Assembly (NCBI GenBank): GCA_018334075.1
Contig: JAGXSC010000044.1
Location: 67,591-131,590 of the forward strand
DNA: 64,000 bases
Reading direction: 5' to 3'
Origin: Actinomycetota bacterium
GTDB lineage: Bacteria > Actinomycetota > Coriobacteriia > Anaerosomatales > UBA912
Part shown: positions 10,081-20,813 of the stretch, piece after piece
Layout of the letters: each line of letters starts with the position of its first letter
Position numbering within the stretch: position 1 is the stretch's first letter
Program-made: the position numbers and the translations under genes
Notes under the pieces: generated by a model
What the model was told of the DNA's origin: nothing
Database searches by the model: none
What the model saw: the letters and a program-made list of their open reading frames with translations, nothing else

Positions 10081-10866
10081 TCAGGCGTCCATCAATGATT
10101 CGAGGCCGATAATGAGACCAGAGCGCTCGCCCACTTCACGGATAGCTAAAACGACGCCGGGCATAAAGCTCTTTCGGTCTATTGAGTCGTGGCGAATCGA
10201 CAGGGTCTGTCCGACCCCTCCGAAGATAACCTCTTGATGCGCGACCAGCCCAGGCAGACGAATCGAGTGGACCGGTATATCCTCGACCAGCGCTCCCCTC
10301 GCCTCCGGTTTTGTGCCACCCGTGTCTGCATGCGTCGCCGGTACGCCACGACGCGATTGAGCTATCAGCGATGCCGTGCGCAGAGCCGTTCCACTTGGGG
10401 CATCGACTTTTTTGTCATGGTGCAACTCTATAATCTCGGCTTGTGGCATATAGCGAGCGGTTTGAGCGGCGAATCGCATCATTAGGACCGCGCCGATCGC
10501 AAAGTTTGGCGCCATAAACAGACAGGTGCCCGCGGGGGCCTTTGCAGAAAGGGATTGTAGTTGTTGCTGCGAGAGCCCAGTTGTCCCGCACACACAATCA
10601 AGGCCGGCGGCAAGCGCTGTACGCAAGTTCGCTTCCACGACATCCGGGCGGGTGAAATCCACCATCACAGCGGGGCCAGTCTGCTTGATTGCGAGCTCAA
10701 GATCGGTAAATTGCGCTATAGCGCCCATCTCTTCATGGCCAGAAGCAGTACCCGCAAAGCCAGGATCTACCACAGCGACAACTCGCATGCCCTCGGCATC
10801 AGATACCGCTCTAACCACCTCGCTGCCCATCTTTCCTGCAGCGCCTGAAACGATTACATCAATCAT
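10081..10866 (-). CDS. dapB: 4-hydroxy-tetrahydrodipicolinate reductase
   Basis: 261 aa. N-terminal GAAGKMG dinucleotide-binding motif and the ELHHDKKVDAPSGTA catalytic signature. Confidence 0.92.
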   Translation of the reverse strand: MIDVIVSGAAGKMGSEVVRAVSDAEGMRVVAVVDPGFAGTASGHEEMGAIAQFTDLELAIKQTGPAVMVDFTRPDVVEANLRTALAAGLDCVCGTTGLSQQQLQSLSAKAPAGTCLFMAPNFAIGAVLMMRFAAQTARYMPQAEIIELHHDKKVDAPSGTALRTASLIAQSRRGVPATHADTGGTKPEARGALVEDIPVHSIRLPGLVAHQEVIFGGVGQTLSIRHDSIDRKSFMPGVVLAIREVGERSGLIIGLESLMDA

Positions 10867-10892
10867 CGGATATGCCCTCCTTCAAAGAAAAA

Positions 10893-12143
10893 TTATCCGA
10901 TAAGATGCGCGATGTCATCCTGAGCATAGGGCCCGATCACAGCAAGCGAGCGAGGGCCTGAAAAAGATTCGCGGGCGACTCGGATTACATCGGCCTGCGT
11001 AACGCTTTCGATTCTGTCAACGAGCTCGTCGATCGACAAGAGTTCGGCGTTGGTTATCAAGCCCTTGCCGAGTCTTGTCATTCGGTTTGGCGTGCTCTCC
11101 AGCCCCAAAACCAGACTGCCCGTCATCGCCTTTTTGGCTCGGTCGAGCTCCTCGGCGGTTACACCGGAATCACAGAGCCTGTCGATCTCGTTTCGAATGG
11201 TTGCGACAACTTGCTCGGTATTCGAAGGTCGAGTTCCGGCATAGACCGCGAACTGCCCTGTGTCTTGAAAGAGCGAGACAAAGCTATAAACAGCGTAGGC
11301 CAGACCAAGCTTTTCACGAATCTCCATGAACAGCCGAGAAGACATGCCGCGTCCGAAGATGGTATCTGCGACTGAGAGAGCAAAGCGATCCTCATGCTGC
11401 GCATTGAGTGCGGTCACACCGTAACAGATATGTGATTGCTCCGTGTCCCTTGTCAGAACCGAAAGGGGCTCAGGACTGGATTGAAAGCCACTATCTCGCA
11501 CTGTTCGCGAACCTGAGCGCAGGGTCAGGTGCTTGCCAATAAGTTCTACAAGCTGGGAGTGTTCAACATTACCGGCCGCTGCCACTACGCAGTTACCGGT
11601 TGTGTAATGCGAATCCTTGAAAGCAGCCGTGGAGCCGTTCCCGAATGTGGACACACTTTCACGTGAGCCGAGAATTGAAGCGCCAAGCGGGTGCCCGGGC
11701 CACAGAGCCTTGGCGAAGCGCTCGTGAATCCGGTCGTCGGGAGTGTCTTCCATCCTGGCGATCTCCTCGATGACGACCTCACGCTCACTGGCACACGCAT
11801 CATCGGCCAGAAGGGAGTTGGAAACCATGTCGGAGAGCAGCTCGATCGCGGTAGGCAGATGTCGGTCGATAACCCGAGAGTAGTAGCATGTGTACTCTTT
11901 GGAGGTAAAGGCGTTTAACTCTGCCCCCAAACCGTCGAATGCCTGTGAGATGTCCGCCGCCGAGCGGGTGTCTGTCCCCTTGAACATCATGTGCTCAAGG
12001 AAGTGAGACATTCCCGATTCAGCAGCGGACTCATCCCTGCTACCGACGGCGAACCACACGCCGATCGCTACCGAGCGGACGGTGTCTATCCTCTCGGAAA
12101 TTACCGATATTCCATTGTCCAGAGTTGTGACTTCACAAAACAT
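10893..12143 (-). CDS. M16 family zinc peptidase (pitrilysin-like; MlpA/PepR position)
   Basis: 416 aa with the inverted zinc motif HFLEHMMFKG (HxxEH). It sits in the conserved position immediately downstream of pnp. Confidence 0.85.
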   Translation of the reverse strand: MFCEVTTLDNGISVISERIDTVRSVAIGVWFAVGSRDESAAESGMSHFLEHMMFKGTDTRSAADISQAFDGLGAELNAFTSKEYTCYYSRVIDRHLPTAIELLSDMVSNSLLADDACASEREVVIEEIARMEDTPDDRIHERFAKALWPGHPLGASILGSRESVSTFGNGSTAAFKDSHYTTGNCVVAAAGNVEHSQLVELIGKHLTLRSGSRTVRDSGFQSSPEPLSVLTRDTEQSHICYGVTALNAQHEDRFALSVADTIFGRGMSSRLFMEIREKLGLAYAVYSFVSLFQDTGQFAVYAGTRPSNTEQVVATIRNEIDRLCDSGVTAEELDRAKKAMTGSLVLGLESTPNRMTRLGKGLITNAELLSIDELVDRIESVTQADVIRVARESFSGPRSLAVIGPYAQDDIAHLIG

Positions 12144-14327
12144 CTAGTGACGCCTACGACGCTTCCTGTCCTCATCGCTAGAGCGACCTGGGGGCTTGTG
12201 GCCACGATCACCCGAGTCATCCGAGGCTCCTTCGGGACGCTGGCTCTTTGGCGCCTCAGGCTTGTCGATGCGGTCTAGCGAAACCTTGCCGCGATCGTCG
12301 ATGTCGATGATCTCAACTTCAACCTCGTCACCGACGTTTAGCATGTCTTCAACCTTCTCGACGCGTCCTTTAGCGATGCGCGAGATGTGCAGCAGTCCAT
12401 CTTTACCCGGTATTAGCTCTATGAAGGCTCCAAAAGCCTGTGTTGAAACGACGCGACCAAGATACTTCTCACCGATCTCAGGCTCTTTGACGATCATCTC
12501 GATACGCCGCCGCGCCTCTTCCCCGCCCTCGTCGCGAGATGCGATAAAGATAACGCCATCTTCCTGAATATCGATTTGAGCCCCGGTCTCTTCCTGTATG
12601 GCGCGGACAACCTTTCCGCCACTTCCGATTACATCACGAATCTTGTCAGTCGGAATCCGGACGGTGAGAATCCTCGGCGCATGCTGCTTCAGCTCGTTTC
12701 TCGGCGAGTCGATAGCCTTGAGCATTTCTTCAAGGATGTATACAAGGCCGACCTTCGCCTGGCGCAGGGCAGTCTCGAGGATTTCGTGGCTAAGGCCTTT
12801 CGCCTTGTTATCCATCTGCAAGGACGTAATTCCCTTTGCGGTTCCAGCGACCTTGAAATCCATATCGCCGAGGAAGTCTTCGAGTCCCTGAATGTCGGAG
12901 AGCACCGCAACCCGGTCACCCTCTTTGATAAGGCCCATCGCTATGCCGGAAACCGGTGCGGTGATTGGTACACCGGCATCCATCAGGGCTAAGGTTGATC
13001 CGCACACCGATCCCATGGAGCTTGAGCCATTGGACTCTAAGACCTCAGATACTATCCGGATGGTGTATGGAAAATCGGCTTGATCGGGAAGGACAGGCAA
13101 AAGTGCCCGCTCCGCAAGCGCGCCGTGGCCAATCTCGCGCCGCTTGGGGCCCCGCATGAAGCCAATCTCTCCGGTGCAAAACGGCGGGAAGTTGTAGTGG
13201 TGAAGATAACGCTTGCCCTCACTCACGTCGATCGTGTCGATACGCTGCCACTCTGAGAGCATTCCCAAAGTCAGCGCCGAGAGGACCTGCGTTTGTCCAC
13301 GAGTAAAGAGCCCTGAACCGTGTGCACGTGGCAAGTAGCCTACAGAGCTGGTCACCTGGCGAACCTCATCGATCTTTCGTCCATCGACCCGCTCGCCCTC
13401 GGAGAGCACCATATCGCGCATCGTCGACTTCTCGAGCTCTTTGAGCAGCGCGCGGATGTTCTTTCCAGAGGCATTGAGCTCATCTTCGGTGAATCCAGCG
13501 AGAACCTCTTCCTTGACGGCAGCAACATCGCTCATCCGCACTTGCTTGTCTGGATTTCTTAGCGCCGAGCGCATCTTCTCTGCCCCAGCAGAGAAAACCC
13601 TCTGGCGAAGTGACTCTTCTATCTCATGAATAGCGATTTTCAGAGGGGCTGGATTGCACTTTGCTGCGAAACGTCTCTGAACTTCGCAAAACTCTGCGAT
13701 CGCACTTTGGGCAAATGTCATGGCATCGAGCATCTCATCTTCCGAGACCTCATTTGCGCTTGCCTCGATCATATAGATCGCATCCGAGGAGCCAGCCACA
13801 ACCAGGTCGAGGTCTGAGGAGTCCAGCTCATCGAAGGAGGGATTTACAACATACTCCCCATCGACACGAGCTACTCTGACGCCAGCGATCGGACCCTCGA
13901 AGGGTACGCCTGCGACAAGCAGGGCCGCCGAGGCGCCCATAATGCAAATCACGTCCGGCTGATTGATCTGATCTGCCGAGAGAACAGTCGCAATTACTTG
14001 AAGCTCATTTCGAAAACCGTCAGGAAATGCGGATCTGAGCGGACGATCGATCATGCGAGCGGTCAGTATGGCCTTCTCGCTCGGCCGTGCCTCGCGCTTT
14101 ATGAAGCCGCCAGGGAGTTTACCGGCAGCATACATGCGCTCTTCGAAATCAACGGTCAGAGGGAAGAAATCCAAATCCTTGGCCTGAGTTGACGCGGTGG
14201 CGGTCACCAGTACCATCGTGTCACCTTGCCGAACTACAACCGCTCCGCCAGCCTGCTTGGCCAGCTCGCCAGTTTCAAAGGTGTACTCTTTGCCGAATAG
14301 CTCAAATGTATCGACGATTTTGTTCAT
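12144..14327 (-). CDS. pnp: Polyribonucleotide nucleotidyltransferase (PNPase)
   Basis: 727 aa. Two RNase PH domains, then KH (GSGGKVVRAIQEETG) and S1 (YLGRVVSTQAFGAFIEL) domains, and an Arg-rich ~45-aa C-terminal tail. Confidence 0.95.
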   Translation of the reverse strand: MNKIVDTFELFGKEYTFETGELAKQAGGAVVVRQGDTMVLVTATASTQAKDLDFFPLTVDFEERMYAAGKLPGGFIKREARPSEKAILTARMIDRPLRSAFPDGFRNELQVIATVLSADQINQPDVICIMGASAALLVAGVPFEGPIAGVRVARVDGEYVVNPSFDELDSSDLDLVVAGSSDAIYMIEASANEVSEDEMLDAMTFAQSAIAEFCEVQRRFAAKCNPAPLKIAIHEIEESLRQRVFSAGAEKMRSALRNPDKQVRMSDVAAVKEEVLAGFTEDELNASGKNIRALLKELEKSTMRDMVLSEGERVDGRKIDEVRQVTSSVGYLPRAHGSGLFTRGQTQVLSALTLGMLSEWQRIDTIDVSEGKRYLHHYNFPPFCTGEIGFMRGPKRREIGHGALAERALLPVLPDQADFPYTIRIVSEVLESNGSSSMGSVCGSTLALMDAGVPITAPVSGIAMGLIKEGDRVAVLSDIQGLEDFLGDMDFKVAGTAKGITSLQMDNKAKGLSHEILETALRQAKVGLVYILEEMLKAIDSPRNELKQHAPRILTVRIPTDKIRDVIGSGGKVVRAIQEETGAQIDIQEDGVIFIASRDEGGEEARRRIEMIVKEPEIGEKYLGRVVSTQAFGAFIELIPGKDGLLHISRIAKGRVEKVEDMLNVGDEVEVEIIDIDDRGKVSLDRIDKPEAPKSQRPEGASDDSGDRGHKPPGRSSDEDRKRRRRH

Positions 14328-14365
14328 GTATTAGTCCTTTTGCTCAGCGAGGGTTACGGAGACGG

Positions 14366-14635
14366 TCATCCACGGATACCTAGAGTTGAGATGAGCTCAC
14401 GATATCTGGTGATATCGGTCTTCTTGAGATAGGCGAGCAAGTTTCGCCTCTGTCCGACAAGCTTTAGCAGCCCCCGACGCGTATGGTGATCCTTAGTGTG
14501 AATTTTTAGGTGCTCCGTAAGATCCTTGATACGCTTTGTCAATAGAGCGATCTGCACTTCCGGAGAACCGGTGTCGGTCTCGGAACGCGCATGATCCGCA
14601 ATGATCTTGACTTTGACTTCTTTTTCCAATGGCAT
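14366..14635 (-). CDS. rpsO: 30S ribosomal protein S15
   Basis: 89 aa from the internal ATG at 14635 ([12 protein letters not shown]...[16 protein letters not shown]...). SD AAAGGTGAG lies 7 nt upstream. The track start at 14671 would add 12 atypical residues. Confidence 0.93.
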   Translation of the reverse strand: MPLEKEVKVKIIADHARSETDTGSPEVQIALLTKRIKDLTEHLKIHTKDHHTRRGLLKLVGQRRNLLAYLKKTDITRYRELISTLGIRG

Positions 14636-14733
14636 TTTCAAGCTCACCTTTCTTTCGCGGGTCCACCTCATTCCGTGATTACCGTTGGTGATTCGGATAT
14701 CTCAGAACGAGGCATATTCCTTACAACCGCCAA

Positions 14734-14742
14734 ACTATAACA
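14734..14742 (-). promoter_or_regulatory. Candidate extended -10 element (TGTTATAGT) for rpsO-pnp, about 100 nt upstream of the rpsO start
   Basis: The reverse complement of 14734-14742 (actataaca) is TGTTATAGT, lying in the 195-nt ribF-rpsO spacer. I saw no good -35. Confidence 0.3.
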
Positions 14743-14830
14743 CAATCGAAGGCCGCGCGCTCAAAGTGCGCACCGTTGGCAAGGTTATAAAGTTTGCGGC
14801 CAAAAGACGCGCACACGCAAAAGCTCTCAG

Positions 14831-15760
14831 TTATTTACGGGAAAGCTCATCTACTAGAGCAAGATCAGCCCTAATCGCGGCGGCAAGAGTGTTGCGGGAA
14901 TCGAAGCGATATTGCTCTCGAAGCCTGGTAGTGAACTCGACCATAAGATCGGTGTTGTAAATGTCGCCTTCGAAGTGCAGCATATGTACTTCGAGATGAT
15001 GGCGAGAGCTCGGGAACGATGGCGGCCGTCCCACCGAGATCGCAGCAGCAAAGCGCTCTTTTTCCAGATGTGCCCACCCGGCGTATACTCCTGCAGCCGG
15101 AAGCGCGCAAAGCAGCTCGGGCACGATGTTGGCCGTAGGAATGCCGAGTATCTTTGCGCCTTGCCCACGGCCGTGAGTCACGCGCCCGGTTATCCTGTGT
15201 GCCCTGCCCAGAAGGTGCTGAGCTAAATCAACATCACCTGAAGATACCAGGGCGCGTATGCGCGTGGATGTAACTGGCGCGCCGTCGATCTTTAGCAACT
15301 CGCGCCCGATTACCGAAAACCCATGTTTGGCTCCGTAGCTTTTTATATCTGCTACACAACCGGACGCATTTTTTCCGTACCGAAAGTTCTCACCCACCAC
15401 AATCGCCTTGGGAGAAAGTGAAGCGACTACCACACTTTCAAGGAAATCAGCCGGCGGGCAATCTGCCAGGTCAGCCGAGAAGGGCACTATGACAATCGCG
15501 TCGATACCAAGATCGGACAGAATTCCGATCTTGTCTCGCTGCGACAGAAGCTGAGGAGTCACACTGTCTGGGCAGACTACAGTGTCAGGGTCACGGTCGA
15601 AGGTCATTACCACACACTCGACGCCAGCCTTGTTCGCAAGCTCGATAGCCTCAGTTATCAGGGCCTGATGCCCGAGGTGAACTCCATCAAATGCGCCAAT
15701 GGCAACCACACAAGGACCAATTGACGACATAGAGGAGTGCCATTCGTATATTCGCGTCAT
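14831..15760 (-). CDS. ribF: Bifunctional riboflavin kinase / FAD synthetase
   Basis: 309 aa. N-terminal FAD synthetase domain (AIGAFDGVHLGHQ) and a C-terminal riboflavin kinase domain. ATGA-type 4-nt overlap with the truB stop. Confidence 0.92.
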   Translation of the reverse strand: MTRIYEWHSSMSSIGPCVVAIGAFDGVHLGHQALITEAIELANKAGVECVVMTFDRDPDTVVCPDSVTPQLLSQRDKIGILSDLGIDAIVIVPFSADLADCPPADFLESVVVASLSPKAIVVGENFRYGKNASGCVADIKSYGAKHGFSVIGRELLKIDGAPVTSTRIRALVSSGDVDLAQHLLGRAHRITGRVTHGRGQGAKILGIPTANIVPELLCALPAAGVYAGWAHLEKERFAAAISVGRPPSFPSSRHHLEVHMLHFEGDIYNTDLMVEFTTRLREQYRFDSRNTLAAAIRADLALVDELSRK

Positions 15761-16698
15761 CTCCGAGTACCGAATTTCGTGTCCGGAGGCATCACTGTAA
15801 GTGGCACAAATTCCTCTTCAGAAACCGAGTATATCGCCAGCACGCGACCATCGTGGAGAACGACGTAGCGTTCCTGCGCTTTTATATCAGAGCCGATCGA
15901 TGCAATTGGTAAACGGCGACCCGATGAAATCTTCTCGGCAGTATGCTTATCTACCTGTACGACAGGAAGTCCCAGCGCATCAACGGGATCGAAAAACAAG
16001 CGTGCAAGAGCCTCCGGCTCTCTGGGAAGATCCTCGATCTTTAAAGCCTCATCGACATCAAGATGTGCGCACTTCAGACGCCTGAGACCACCGAGATGAG
16101 CGCAAGAGCCAATGGTCTCGCCGAGGTCTCGGGCGATCGAGCGTATGTAGGTGCCCTTTGAGACTGTCATGCGGAGATCCCACGCTACAGGAGGGCCCGG
16201 TTGTATGGCGAGGAGCTCTGCTTCGAATACTGAGATCGTGCGAGACTCCATTACAACGGCCTCGCCCTTGCGAGCCATGGTGTATGCGGTCACTCCATTT
16301 TTCTTGATCGCCGAATATTGCGGCGGAACCTGTTCGGCCTCTCCGATAAGGGCGGCCACTGTTTTATCGGCGAACGCTTTATCTGCTGCAGATGGAGGAA
16401 CCGGACAGGTGTGAAGCGTCTTCCCTGTCGCGTCGTCCGTATCGGTTGCAGATCCAAAGACCACTGAAGCTTCATAGGTCTTTGTAGCTACGCTGAGGTA
16501 CGGCGAGAGCCGAGCAGCAGGACCAACCAGGATTAACATCAATCCGGTGGCCATCGGGTCTAGGGTACCGGCGTGACCGACGCGCTTCTCACCCGTAATC
16601 CTTCTCACGGAGTCGACTATGTCGTGACTGGTCATCTCGGCGGGTTTGTCGATAAGTAAGATTCCGCAAAGACCCGTTGGGGTATGGCGCCTAGGCAC
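15757..16698 (-). CDS. truB: tRNA pseudouridine(55) synthase
   Basis: GILLIDKPAEMTSHD and GHAGTLDPMATG (catalytic Asp), with a PUA-like C-terminus. Start placed at GTG 16698, which overlaps the nrnA stop by 8 nt. The first 36 codons of the track ORF lie inside nrnA. Confidence 0.9.
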   Translation of the reverse strand: MPRRHTPTGLCGILLIDKPAEMTSHDIVDSVRRITGEKRVGHAGTLDPMATGLMLILVGPAARLSPYLSVATKTYEASVVFGSATDTDDATGKTLHTCPVPPSAADKAFADKTVAALIGEAEQVPPQYSAIKKNGVTAYTMARKGEAVVMESRTISVFEAELLAIQPGPPVAWDLRMTVSKGTYIRSIARDLGETIGSCAHLGGLRRLKCAHLDVDEALKIEDLPREPEALARLFFDPVDALGLPVVQVDKHTAEKISSGRRLPIASIGSDIKAQERYVVLHDGRVLAIYSVSEEEFVPLTVMPPDTKFGTRR

Positions 16699-17707
16699 AA
16701 TCTGAATCCTTGCATCCAGGTAAACGAGTGAGCAGCTGAGGCAACAGGTCTTCGATTGTTCCCGAAAAAGTGAATCCGGCGGCAGGAATATGACCGCCCC
16801 CTCCAAACATTTTCGCTATCTGTGAGACGTCGAATGTACTCTTGGATCTAAGATTCACCCGGATAGAGCCGTTTGTAACGCGAAGTAGCAGCGCGACATC
16901 GATGCCGCCCAGGCGTCGGATAGAGTCAGGTAAATCCTCGGTGTCTGAGCTTATGGCGCCGGTTTCCGCGATGTCGTTATCGCTGTACCAGGAATACGCA
17001 ACACGTCCGGCGTTGACGATTTTGAGGCGCGACAGAACTCTGGCTTCGAGCTCAAGCGCTTCGGTCGAGTGCTCCTGATAGATGAGTTGCGCGATCTCGG
17101 CGGGGTCAACTCCTGCTTCGATCATCATTGCTGCGTCGCGAAGTGCGACAGGCGTGGTGTTGGAGTATGCAAAGCGCCCGGTATCTGTGAGCAACCCCAC
17201 GTAACAACACTGGGCGATTTCGGGAGTCATTTTGATTTCAAGCGCGCGAATGAACCGCCAAACCAGTTGGGTAGTTGAGGCCATCGACGAATCAACGATG
17301 TTGATGGAGCCGAACTCTTCTCCGTCCGGATGATGATCTATGGTGATCACGTTTCTTGCAGCCTTCGCGAGCGCTTCGGCATTTGCGAGTCTTGAGGCCG
17401 ACGCAGTGTCCAGTGCAATAAAAAGATCAGGAGCGCTGCACTCATCGGCGGGTACGAACAGGGCAAAACCTGGGAGAAATGAGTATTTCGGCGGCGGCTC
17501 AGTGGGATCAGCAAGTGTGGGAACCGCGGGAATCCCGGCATCTCTAAGTGCCAGGGTCAAAGCCAGAACGGAGCCGATCGAATCCCCGTCGGGATTTGTG
17601 TGGCCTGAAACTATTACAGTTTCCGCCTGGCGCAATAGCAATGCAGCACGGTGGAAGGAGGCGTTCACTGAACTATCCCGATGAGGTGGAATCATCGCCT
17701 GATGCAT
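16691..17707 (-). CDS. nrnA: DHH/DHHA1 phosphoesterase (NrnA-type oligoribonuclease / pAp phosphatase)
   Basis: 338 aa. DHH motifs (SGHTNPDGDSIGS, ITIDHH) and DHHA1 GGGH (FGGGGHIPAAG). It lies between rbfA and truB, as in Clostridia and Actinobacteria. The start may instead be the ATG at 17695. Confidence 0.8.
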   Translation of the reverse strand: MHQAMIPPHRDSSVNASFHRAALLLRQAETVIVSGHTNPDGDSIGSVLALTLALRDAGIPAVPTLADPTEPPPKYSFLPGFALFVPADECSAPDLFIALDTASASRLANAEALAKAARNVITIDHHPDGEEFGSINIVDSSMASTTQLVWRFIRALEIKMTPEIAQCCYVGLLTDTGRFAYSNTTPVALRDAAMMIEAGVDPAEIAQLIYQEHSTEALELEARVLSRLKIVNAGRVAYSWYSDNDIAETGAISSDTEDLPDSIRRLGGIDVALLLRVTNGSIRVNLRSKSTFDVSQIAKMFGGGGHIPAAGFTFSGTIEDLLPQLLTRLPGCKDSDCA

Positions 17708-18086
17708 CGGCGCTGGAATCGTTTTCGAGATTACGCACGAGAGTAGGAGGAACGACCCTCAGTGCCTCGTTGATCCTCATCCCGTTGTCGACGCTGTCAT
17801 CGATGAAAAACCTTAGCTCAGGGGTAACTCGCATCTTGATTCTCGCGCCCATCAGTGACCGTATTCTGCCTTTGGCAGACTCAAGCCCGTCGAGAGCTTC
17901 CTGATAGCGTTCAGCATCTCCGTGTGTAATGACATATATATTGGCGACACTCAGATCAGGAGCGATGCTTACACCGGTCACCGTGATGAACTCCAGGCGG
18001 GGATCAGCAAAGTTGTTGACCAGGATCGAGGCGATGATCTCCCTGAGATTTTCGTTGATCCTTCTTGTGCGTGGCGTCTGCTTCAT
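17673..18086 (-). CDS. rbfA: Ribosome-binding factor A
   Basis: 137 aa. RRINENLREIIASIL... RbfA fold, in the conserved infB-rbfA position, with an acidic/Ser-rich C-tail. Confidence 0.9.
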   Translation of the reverse strand: MKQTPRTRRINENLREIIASILVNNFADPRLEFITVTGVSIAPDLSVANIYVITHGDAERYQEALDGLESAKGRIRSLMGARIKMRVTPELRFFIDDSVDNGMRINEALRVVPPTLVRNLENDSSADASGDDSTSSG

Positions 18087-18100
18087 CGATATATCCTGAC

Positions 18101-20497
18101 TTATTCATTACGAGCGATTTCAACTGTTTTGTAGGCTTCTATAAAGTCACCATCTTTGATGTCCTGATATCCCTCGATAGAGATTCCACACTCGTAACCG
18201 GAGCGAACTGACTTCACATCGTCTTTGAATCGTCGTAAAGATCCGACCTTTCCTTCAAAGATTACAGCTCCCTCGCGCACGATACGTATTTGATCGTCAC
18301 GGTTGATTTCGCCTTCGAGAACGTAGCAACCGGCGATCAGGCCGATCTTCGGCACTCGGTAGAGCTCTCGGATTTCGATGCGCGCTGTGTCTTCTTCGAC
18401 GACATCGGGACTTAGCATTCCGATTCTAGCTGCGTTAATGTCTTCGATGGCCTTGTAGATAACCCGGTAGAGGCGAAGATCAACATTTTCTTTCTCGGCA
18501 AGCGCTTTGGCCTTGGGCTCGGGTCGAACGTTAAAGCCAATGACGATCGCGTCGGAGGCCCCAGCCAGCATCACGTCAGTCTCTGTAATGCCTCCTACGG
18601 CAGAGTGAATGACCGAGATACGCACTTCCGACTGGTCCATCTTGTCCAGTGCATCTTTCAGCGCCTCGATCGAACCGTGGACGTCTGCCTTAACTACCAG
18701 ATTCAGGTCTTTGATCTCGCCCTCCTGAATCCTGGCAAAAAGATCCTCTAGGGAGATACGCTCTTTCTTGCCCTGAGCAATCAGTCTCTGCTTGAGGGCT
18801 CTTTCCTCGGCGAGGTCCCGAGCGTCTCGCTCATCGGCGAAGATGCGGAACTCGTCACCGGCGGAAGGAGTGCTGCCCAATCCCAGTATCTCGGCGGGCT
18901 CACCAGGTATAACCTGAGTCAAGCTTTTTCCACGTGGGTCGATGAGCGCGCGAACCCTTCCGTAAGATGTGCCTGCGACTAACGGATCACCGACTTTGAG
19001 AGTTCCCCTCTGAACCAGTACGGTAGCGACCGGTCCTCGGCCCTTGTCGAGCTTGGCCTCGATAACGACGCCGCTCGCCAAAGCGTTCGGGTTAGCTTTT
19101 AGCTCTTCTACCTCGGCAACAAGCAAAATCGTTTCGAGAAGCTCATTGATATTTATCCGCTGCTTAGCCGAGACATTCACGAATATGTTTTTGCCGCCCC
19201 ACTCCTCCGGAACGATGGCGTGCTCCGTGAGCATCTGTCGCACCTGCTCAGGATCGGCGCCTTCTTTGTCGATTTTGTTGACTGCCACGATTATCGGGAC
19301 TCCGGCAGCTTGGGCATGGTGTATCGCCTCTATAGTCTGCGGCATGACGCCGTCGTCAGCGGCTACCACCAGAACGGCTATGTCAGTCACTTTTGCACCA
19401 CGAGCACGCATTGCGGTAAAGGTTTCATGTCCGGGTGTGTCAATAAACGTAATCTTGTTGTCCCCGTGCGTCACTACCGATGCACCAATGTGCTGGGTGA
19501 TTCCACCAGCCTCTGTTTTCGCAACACCCGAATCCCGAATGGCATCGAGAAGAGAGGTCTTCCCGTGATCAACGTGTCCCATGACAGTTACAACCGGTGA
19601 CCGTGGCTCTAGCTCTTCCGGCTTGTCATCAAAGGTAGGAGCCGTCTCTTCGCTAAGAGCGATTACGCTCAAGGAAACCCCGAGGTCATCTGCGATAAGC
19701 TCAGCGATATCACGGGAGATGGGTTGATTGACTGTAAGCATGGTGCCCAGAATCATAAGTCGCTTGATAATTTCATTGGCAGGCAGCCCCAATGCCTCCG
19801 CGAACTCTCCAACGGTGGCGCCTTCGGTAATCGTAACTGTATCCGTAGCTGAATCCTGGGGCTGAGTTGGCTGCTCCACGGTAGCGTCAGCGGCAGGGAC
19901 ATCCTCTTCTTCACGCTTCTTCTTACGCTTTTTGCGCTTGCCATCTTGTGCATGCGCCGCCGCTACTGCGATGCGAGCTTCCTCGATCACTCGATCGTGG
20001 GCGATTTTGTGCGCCGACTGAACTTCCACTTGAGCAGCCATTGCGCGGTAGCGATCTTCCTCTTCTTTCTCCAGGGTGGCCGCCTTGTCTAGCTCGGCCT
20101 GGGCGGCCAAGGCTGCTGCATTGGTTTCTTGTATGATGCGTGCCTTGGCTTCCTCGGCCTCCCTCGCGGCTTTAGTGGCGGCCTCTTCCGCCTCACGCTT
20201 CGCGCGTGCAGCGGACTCACGTCGGGTCCTCTCGGCGGCCTCAGCCTTCATCTGCTCCTCAAGTGCCTCTGCAGCCTTGCGCTCTTCTTCGTCCTGCAAA
20301 AGACGGACAGCCTGAATTTCGGCCTGGCGCTCCTCGATGATCGGCGCCAAATCCTTTCGGATCTTACCCACATATGCTTCCAAAAGAGATGAGGAGTGTC
20401 CTTTGGCGGGAATCTTCAATCTAGCGAGATGCTCAAGGAGCTCCTGGGAGGTCATCCCAAACTCCTTGGCCAACTCATGCACTCGCATATTGGGCAT
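18101..20497 (-). CDS. infB: Translation initiation factor IF-2
   Basis: 798 aa. [12 protein letters not shown]-domain, a Lys/Glu/Ala-rich region, a G domain ([24 protein letters not shown]) and C-terminal domains. Confidence 0.97.
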   Translation of the reverse strand: MPNMRVHELAKEFGMTSQELLEHLARLKIPAKGHSSSLLEAYVGKIRKDLAPIIEERQAEIQAVRLLQDEEERKAAEALEEQMKAEAAERTRRESAARAKREAEEAATKAAREAEEAKARIIQETNAAALAAQAELDKAATLEKEEEDRYRAMAAQVEVQSAHKIAHDRVIEEARIAVAAAHAQDGKRKKRKKKREEEDVPAADATVEQPTQPQDSATDTVTITEGATVGEFAEALGLPANEIIKRLMILGTMLTVNQPISRDIAELIADDLGVSLSVIALSEETAPTFDDKPEELEPRSPVVTVMGHVDHGKTSLLDAIRDSGVAKTEAGGITQHIGASVVTHGDNKITFIDTPGHETFTAMRARGAKVTDIAVLVVAADDGVMPQTIEAIHHAQAAGVPIIVAVNKIDKEGADPEQVRQMLTEHAIVPEEWGGKNIFVNVSAKQRININELLETILLVAEVEELKANPNALASGVVIEAKLDKGRGPVATVLVQRGTLKVGDPLVAGTSYGRVRALIDPRGKSLTQVIPGEPAEILGLGSTPSAGDEFRIFADERDARDLAEERALKQRLIAQGKKERISLEDLFARIQEGEIKDLNLVVKADVHGSIEALKDALDKMDQSEVRISVIHSAVGGITETDVMLAGASDAIVIGFNVRPEPKAKALAEKENVDLRLYRVIYKAIEDINAARIGMLSPDVVEEDTARIEIRELYRVPKIGLIAGCYVLEGEINRDDQIRIVREGAVIFEGKVGSLRRFKDDVKSVRSGYECGISIEGYQDIKDGDFIEAYKTVEIARNE

Positions 20498-20811
20498 TAG
20501 CTGCTGTCACCTTCCTTGTGGGCATCGAACTCAATTACATTTTTGAGTCGCTCAAAATCCTTGAGAAGCTTGTCTGTGTCATCTTCCTGAAGTCTAACTT
20601 TTAGTGCGTGGTCGAATCTTCGCCTTCGGATCGCCGCATCGAAGCATTGCTGCCGAGGATGAACATACGCACCACGTCCGTTTACCTTCCCGGAGGGGTC
20701 AATGTGAATAAATCCATCCACCGCCCTGACCACACGAACGAGCTCCGGCTTGTCTGCGACCTGGCGGCAAGCGATGCACGTGCGGCCGTGAGTTTTTCGG
20801 CCCGCGCTCAA
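20497..20811 (-). CDS. ylxR: YlxR/RnpM family RNA-binding protein (DUF448)
   Basis: 104 aa with the CIACRQ...GRGAYVH motif, located between nusA and infB. Its stop and the infB start share one nt (TAATG). Confidence 0.85.
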   Translation of the reverse strand: MSAGRKTHGRTCIACRQVADKPELVRVVRAVDGFIHIDPSGKVNGRGAYVHPRQQCFDAAIRRRRFDHALKVRLQEDDTDKLLKDFERLKNVIEFDAHKEGDSS

Positions 20812-20813
20812 CG

